A stretch of DNA of 56,828 nt, filler included, from Bipalium vagum (lineage: Eukaryota), in assembly GCA_037834085.1 (NCBI GenBank). It is 3 parts of 3 records of this genome, joined end to end, with 100 filler letters (N's around TTAATTAATTAA, not from the genome) between each part and the next. Parts side by side here need not be neighbours in the genome. Positions count along the whole stretch, not along the records: positions 41,011 to 56,828 come from JBBMKC010144162.1; 2 more parts are not named here. One strand, given 5' to 3'. Made by a program: the position numbers and the translations under genes. Below are positions 50,570-56,828 of this stretch, piece after piece. The notes below the pieces were generated by a model. The model saw only the letters and a program-made list of their open reading frames with translations, ran no database searches and was not told the DNA's origin. The stretch's first letter is position 1; the number at the start of each line of letters is the position of its first letter.

Positions 50570-53500
50570 ATGAGGAATGCAACACCAGCGGGATGTATGA
50601 TAATAAAAACAATAATAATTTCTTTAGTCATTCTTCTGGTGATTTGTGATCAGATTTGTGGATTACTGACGAAATTTGAGCAAAAGAAGCATCTGGTCAT
50701 TTATCAATTTTAATGAAAGCAATCCAAGTATGATTGTTTGTCGCTTGATCAATCTATTCGATGAGATCAATTTGAAAGATCAAATGACTGTTGAAGAACA
50801 GCCTATTGTAGACAAACCTTCGTTCGGTTATTTTTTCGATCCGAACCAAGAAGGAAAGTCATCAAGGGCATACAATTCAGCAGAAAAGAAAAGGTTGGAC
50901 TCGTGTAGTACTCCGATCAAAATATATGGTGACGTGGAGATGTGTGAAATAGAGAATTGCATTGGGCAAAGGCCAGATTTATTACCGATCGATGAAAGTC
51001 CGTGCACTTTTTTAAAATTTCTCGGTAAAATAATTGCTATTCAAATAAATCCTTTGTGGGATTTATTGACTTTTTCAAATGAAGTTCAGAACTATTTCAA
51101 TGCCACTTTGATAAATAATTCCAATTCGGAATTCTCACTTTTGAAGACCTCTGGAGAAAGTTTTATCTTAGTGAAAATAATGTTGGTAAATATTTTTGTT
51201 ATCACAAACGACACATCACCGAATATGAAGAAACAGTTTCAAAATTTTGTTCAAATGTTGAGTGCAATCGTATCTGAAATAGTTTTAATGACAAATATCA
51301 TTGGCATCCTAAATTTTCGCTCAGAAAATCTTGGTGACATGGCGACATTCCTCGATGTGTTGAACATTTCTGAATTGTTTATTGATGAAAACGAACATTT
51401 CATGAAAACAGACTCCTATTCCGTTAAAACTCCTTATCTCAACAAATCTTCATCGCTCAATTGTCAAGTGATTTTTTATTCCATAATTACCGAAATAAAA
51501 GATGTCACTGAATGGGAAAAGACAGTGTCAATCAATTACAAGTTTGTAAATTATGGCTCAATCTATGCTCTCCGAAAAATCTGCCGAGGTGAACGAAGAA
51601 TTTTCCTGAGAAAACCCGTGCCTGACCGGTTCTCGTCCGTCGAGTTTTACTTCAATGTCGTTCTCATTCCTCTGTCTATTCTTGGATTGACAATCACCAT
51701 CATGACCTATTCACTGCACTCTGCTCTAAGAACACTCCCTGGTCTGATGGTTCTCACCATGTCCATCTTCCTTTTGCTCACTTACTGTGGCTTCCTGATC
51801 ATTGTTCTGAGCAACGATTTGGGGTGGTCCTGCAACTTGGTCATAGTCGTGACACACTTTAATCTGCTTTCTTGGCTTGGGTGGATGGCGTTCATCGCTG
51901 TGGACTCTGCCAAAACTTTTGGCTCAAATAATTTGAGGAGGAACACAAGAAGTGTGGGTCACCGGTTTGGCCTGTATTTTTTGGCAGTGTGTTTTTACTC
52001 AGTTCTATTTTGGTTACCTGGCATCATCAATTTCGTGTGTGGGTACACGTGCCTAAAATGGTTGCCGGTGTCATACAGTCGTGTTCCAAAATGTTGGCTA
52101 AAGGGCACGTTTTCTATTTTGTTCGGGATCACCGGACCTGCTGTCGGAACCTCGGTCATCTCTGTCGTTTGTTTGGTGTGCTCAATTGTTGGAATCTTCA
52201 GGTAATTTTCGTTCTTTTAAGACTTCTTTTATCTGACTTTAATTCTCAAATTTCGATAAAGATTCTTTCTCCCATTGTTTCTAAGGAAACGTGCTTGCTT
52301 CGGGAAAAAGAAAAAACACTTCTAAACGTCTATTTTCTCAGTCATTCTCATTCAGAAATTATTTATTTAATATAATAATTATTTATTTATTATTATTAAT
52401 GACATTATTAGTTTTTATAATAATTATTATTTTTTCTTATTATTACTATATTTTGTTGCAATAATATATCATATTCTCAGGTTGGGGAATAATTCATAAG
52501 CATATTTTAAATAACTTAATTTGAATACAAAATAAAAGGATAATACACTACTTATTATTAACCAAATTGCAATAAATTAATCAACAATAAAGCTCCGTAT
52601 TAACTGTGGTTTTGCAGAAGCAATTCATGATCGATTATGCCTTTCCAGTCCCACCATACATACAACATAATCTTGCACATCGATGTTTTGATCTATGAGT
52701 TACATTTTTGTCGGGGCTAAGCCATTCTTTATGTCGCTTCATATTGATGTATAGGCACCATTTTTCATCTCTAGTAACGATGTGGTAAAGAAATAGGCTC
52801 CTTCTGACTCTGTGTTGAGCGATGTTGAGCAAGCACACTGGCAGCAATGTGATGCGCTGATTTCTAATCTTTTCGTTCAGACAGTGTGACACCCAAGCGT
52901 AGAGTTTCTGAATTTTGTCCATTGAATAAAGGTGGTTCAACACCATTTTTAGGTCACAATTCATCTACTCTGCAAATTCACTAGTCATTTGACGAGAATT
53001 TTCGTGAAGATACTGGTTCAAACGCTCTTCATCAAATATAGTTGGTCGACCACTGTGTTCGGCTTATTTTTGTATCTAAGCCGATATATAATATTATATC
53101 TTTTTCTCTATTTTAAACTAAGCAGTCTTTCGATACTAATTTTATTTATTGTTACAGTGCAACCTCGATTTCCGCAGGGAAGGTATTCCAAATAAGTATT
53201 ACACAAATTGAGATGGGTAATCGTAAAAAGTTTAGGGATTTTACTTTCAGAATGGTACTTTTACGTAATGCTTCTTTGCCATAAACAGAACCGATTTTAC
53301 GAGCAGCTTCGGCGGTGCTAACACCTGGATTAAATGCGAATAGGAGATGGTATCGGAAATTCTCAATTTTATCAACCTGACATTCCATTTTATGAACTGA
53401 AAATGATAGCAAAAGTTAAATTCAAATATACTATCTCTCAGAACAAAAACCAATATATCTATTAAAATAATATTTTGTGAAAGCGATTAATTTGTGAATA

Positions 53501-54547
53501 TATTTTAAACTTAAAAAGAATAGTATTGGTTATGGTTTTATGTCTTTCTTTTAAATAAAAATTCGGCAATAAACTCATCCAAATTTGTTTATTTCTATAA
53601 GAATAAGATCTTATGAATTGTTTCAACCTCATCCACAAATTTGAGGATCTACAAAGTTTTCTGAATGATTAACAGTTAATTGTCTTAAATTTTGAAAATT
53701 TTCTTAAATTTAACTTTAACCGTAGTATTATTAATTGGTCTAATATTTTTATGCTTATTATTGGTACAATTATCATTATTTTTATTATTACTATTATTAT
53801 TATTATTATCTTTATTGTTATTACTATTTTTATTATAATTATAAATTTTATTATTTTGACTTACATAATTTTATAATTTTTTAAAATTATTTTAATCTTT
53901 AATTTTATTTTAAATTATACATTAAAATTTTAAGACTTACTTTTAATAATATCTTTACAATTATAATATTATAAAGCATTTACAAGAACCATATTTCTTA
54001 TATTTAAAATATATTTTATTTGAAATAATTTAGGTTTTAAATTATTATTAAAACATTTACATTATTATAATTTAAATATTGAATTTAAATTTAAAGATTC
54101 CCATTATCTGATTACACTTTTTATAATCAAGATATTTCAATTTTATTATTTTCTTTAATAAAAGTAGTTAAAATGATATATTAGATTAATTTTTAACATT
54201 GCTTGAATTTCTTTTGGATATTTTGATTCTCACAAAAGAAATAGTAAATTAATCTTTTACGCAGGTCCTTAATCGGTAGAGGAAACTTAACAAATTCGTC
54301 TTCAGTGAATGGCAATACCAAAATCCTCCTTCTGTTCTCCATCAAACTTGCGCTCTTATCTGGCCTAACACTGGGTATGATGCAATTGAGTACCCTTTTG
54401 AAATGGAGCACTGTCAACACGATTTTCGTAGCCTTGAACTCAAGCCTGGGTCTCTTGATAGGGGTATCATTTAACTGCAACACTCGAGTTTGGAACTTGT
54501 ACCGATCCCTGATTCTGGACATTTTATCACATATGAGAAAACTATAA
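50570..54547 (+). CDS. Family-B (Methuselah/adhesion-like) GPCR; exon 1 50570-52201 (1-nt frameshift at about 50708-50711), exon 2 54265-54547
   Basis: TM1-5 in ORF 50676-52205 (SILGLTITIMTY..LRTLPG, C..V.VVTHFNLLSWLGWM, CWL..GP). AG|GTAATT donor at 52201 and TTTTACGCAG acceptor at 54264 are both phase 2. TM6-7 (IKLALLSGLTL, FVALNSSLGLLIGVSF) lie in exon 2. The signal peptide is in the adjacent frame. Confidence 0.85.
52635..53400 (-). mobile_element. Mariner fossil in the GPCR intron, interrupted by an insert at about 53065-53245 bearing a Tigger-like TIR
   Basis: FRYHLLFAFN.G...AEAARKI..VYG, WVSHCL and IVTRDEKWCLYIN motifs; TACAGTGCAACCTCGA at about 53153. Confidence 0.85.
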
Positions 54548-56828
54548 ATGTTATTGTATTTTCTAACACTTTTCTGCTCTCTGAAAAATATTTATGCACT
54601 ATTTATACATAACATATTAATAATATATAAAAATATGTGAAATGGGAAGTTATTTGTCAAATCCAAATATATAGTATCCAAATATCCAACAAGGCAATCC
54701 AAAAACATAATATTTTTTGAATTTTTCGTTTCATAGCGATTTGCTTTGAAAATTTTACCATAGCATACATTTTTCATTAATTTATTAAAAAAGTTTAAGT
54801 TTTAAAAGTATTTAATCAATAAAAATAAATAAAATATAATTTCACTTAACATCTAAATTTGATTTAATTTTATCTCACGAGGCTAAGCTGAATTCAATTT
54901 CGTTTCATAAAACAAAGCTTAATATTATAAACCTTTTAACCCTAAAATAAGTACTAAAATGACTGATAATATGACCCATAATATAAATACTAATTTTTAT
55001 TATGATATTTTGAATAAATAGTTTTAGAAAAATAAAACTAATATATCCTATAAGATCTTAAAATAATAAATTATAACAATTTTCTAGAAATATATGCAAT
55101 ACCTGGCCATTGAAATAAACTCAAACAAAAATAACGCTTTTTTAATCGTTAATTCAATTTGAAATATCCTCCTTGATTTTCAATGTCATTCCATCACAAA
55201 TTCAAACATTTGATATAAATAATCAACAATAAAACTAATTATCTTTTTTATTTTATCAAAATTTCTTTGAAACATCTATTTAAATTAGTATAAAAATTTT
55301 GTTGAAGCTGTAAATTAGTATTTTCCAGTTTTCTATTTCTCTGATATTCATTATATTTTATTTTTATGAATATTTCTATAATTTTTAATATGGGGTTTTG
55401 GCGATATTTACAATTATTTATTTTTGAATAAAATTCTGTAAGTGGTTTTATTTGTATTTTCCTATTTTAAAAGATAGCTTATTATTATTAACTTTCAATT
55501 TATCATTTTTTAAAAATTAATTATATTAAAATATTTGAAGTTATTAACTTACAATTTTATTTATTCATGTTATGTATTCATTAGTGTTTCAAATTTTATT
55601 TAATTTAAAAGTTATATGATTTCTTTTTATACACTTTAATTTATGTCCATTTGGTCATGTAACAATTCCATTATTGTCAATTATTCTTTTATCATCAAAT
55701 AAGGAAATGACAATCTAGTTTTTTAGAATATAAATAAACCTGATATTTCTCTGATTTATATCATGATTATCTATTTTTAATATATGTCTTTGACTAGTAG
55801 ATATATTTAGAATATTATCAAATTCTTTTATTTCTATTTTATTTTTTTTATTAATTCCTTTGATTTTCCTATCAGTAAAAATATATCCATCTTTTAAAAA
55901 CTAAACTATATAGTTTAGGTTTTATTGCATAACATTTTATCAAAGTTTGATTAAATATTTCATTTTTTCATACGAAATAATACATCAAGTTTTATAAAAT
56001 ATTTTAATTTAAATTTATTTTTATAATATCTTTTAAAATTTCATTATGTTCTAGAAAAAGCTTTACAAATACAAAATCCGTTTCTCCAAAATGAATTTTA
56101 TATTTTCCTTGAATTGTTTTCTAATCCACCGTGAATAAATCTATTCATAATTGATTATATTCTAATACAAAACTCATACATAATTAAATTTATCAAATAA
56201 TATTGAAGATCTTTTCATATGACAAGTCATAAATCTTCAGAAAATATTTTACTTCTGTCAATGTTAATTTAAAAGCACATAATTGAAATTTATTATCATC
56301 TGAAACTATTTCTATATTTTGCCTTTTTTAAAATTTCTAAAGTTTTTCCATAAAATGAATTATTTGGTAATATGAAAAAGAAATCACCATGTCGATCTTA
56401 ATTTTTTCGCTTCTGTTCTTTTTTCTAAATTAAAAGTTGATTTTTTAATATTAATTTTTTATATATCTTGAAAATCATTCCATGATCTAAATGCAATTCT
56501 AACATTGAATATTCTATTATTATATAATTTATAAAATTGGGTTAACATTAATTTTGATGATGTTTGAAGTATTATTTATATTTTGATAATATGATAATAT
56601 ACTTTCTGTTACATTTTTTTCTGAACAGTATGGGAAATATTTAGTTTCATCATGTATTTCAAAGGAATATTTTAAATTTAATACATATATAATCCTTCTT
56701 CATTACAGTCCGTTTCATAAGTCTGTTCGCACCTATGTAAATTTATAATTCTATGTTTTTTTACAATTTATCAATTTGTTTAACTATTTTAAATTACTAA
56801 TTATAGTAAATATGATTTTTAAATATGT

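Overview
Very AT-rich animal genomic scaffold with GT-AG introns of bimodal size (about 47-110 nt, or kb-long and filled with TE debris), (TAT)n microsatellites and three assembly gaps. The features are compatible with a planarian-like lophotrochozoan, but the organism is only a guess. Four host genes can be reconstructed: (1) a 10-exon DOK7-like PH-PTB adaptor on the minus strand (17323->1215, about 423 aa) that needs a 10-nt microexon; (2) an intronless strictosidine-synthase-like/APMAP beta-propeller (28133-29233); (3) an intronless GT32 glycosyltransferase of the SUR1/CSH1 type (minus, 42890->41991), a horizontal-transfer or retroposition candidate lying between two about 300-bp LTR-like direct repeats; (4) a two-exon family-B (Methuselah/adhesion-like) GPCR (50570-54547) whose signal peptide is separated from the receptor body by a 1-nt frameshift. 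There is also an orphan 120-codon terminal exon (minus, 21937->21575) missed by the ORF track. The rest is mostly decayed mariner, Tc1, pogo/Tigger, hAT, Chapaev-like, Gypsy and non-LTR remnants, plus two long inverted repeats. No rRNA, tRNA or CRISPR array was seen. All calls are by eye, with no database searches.
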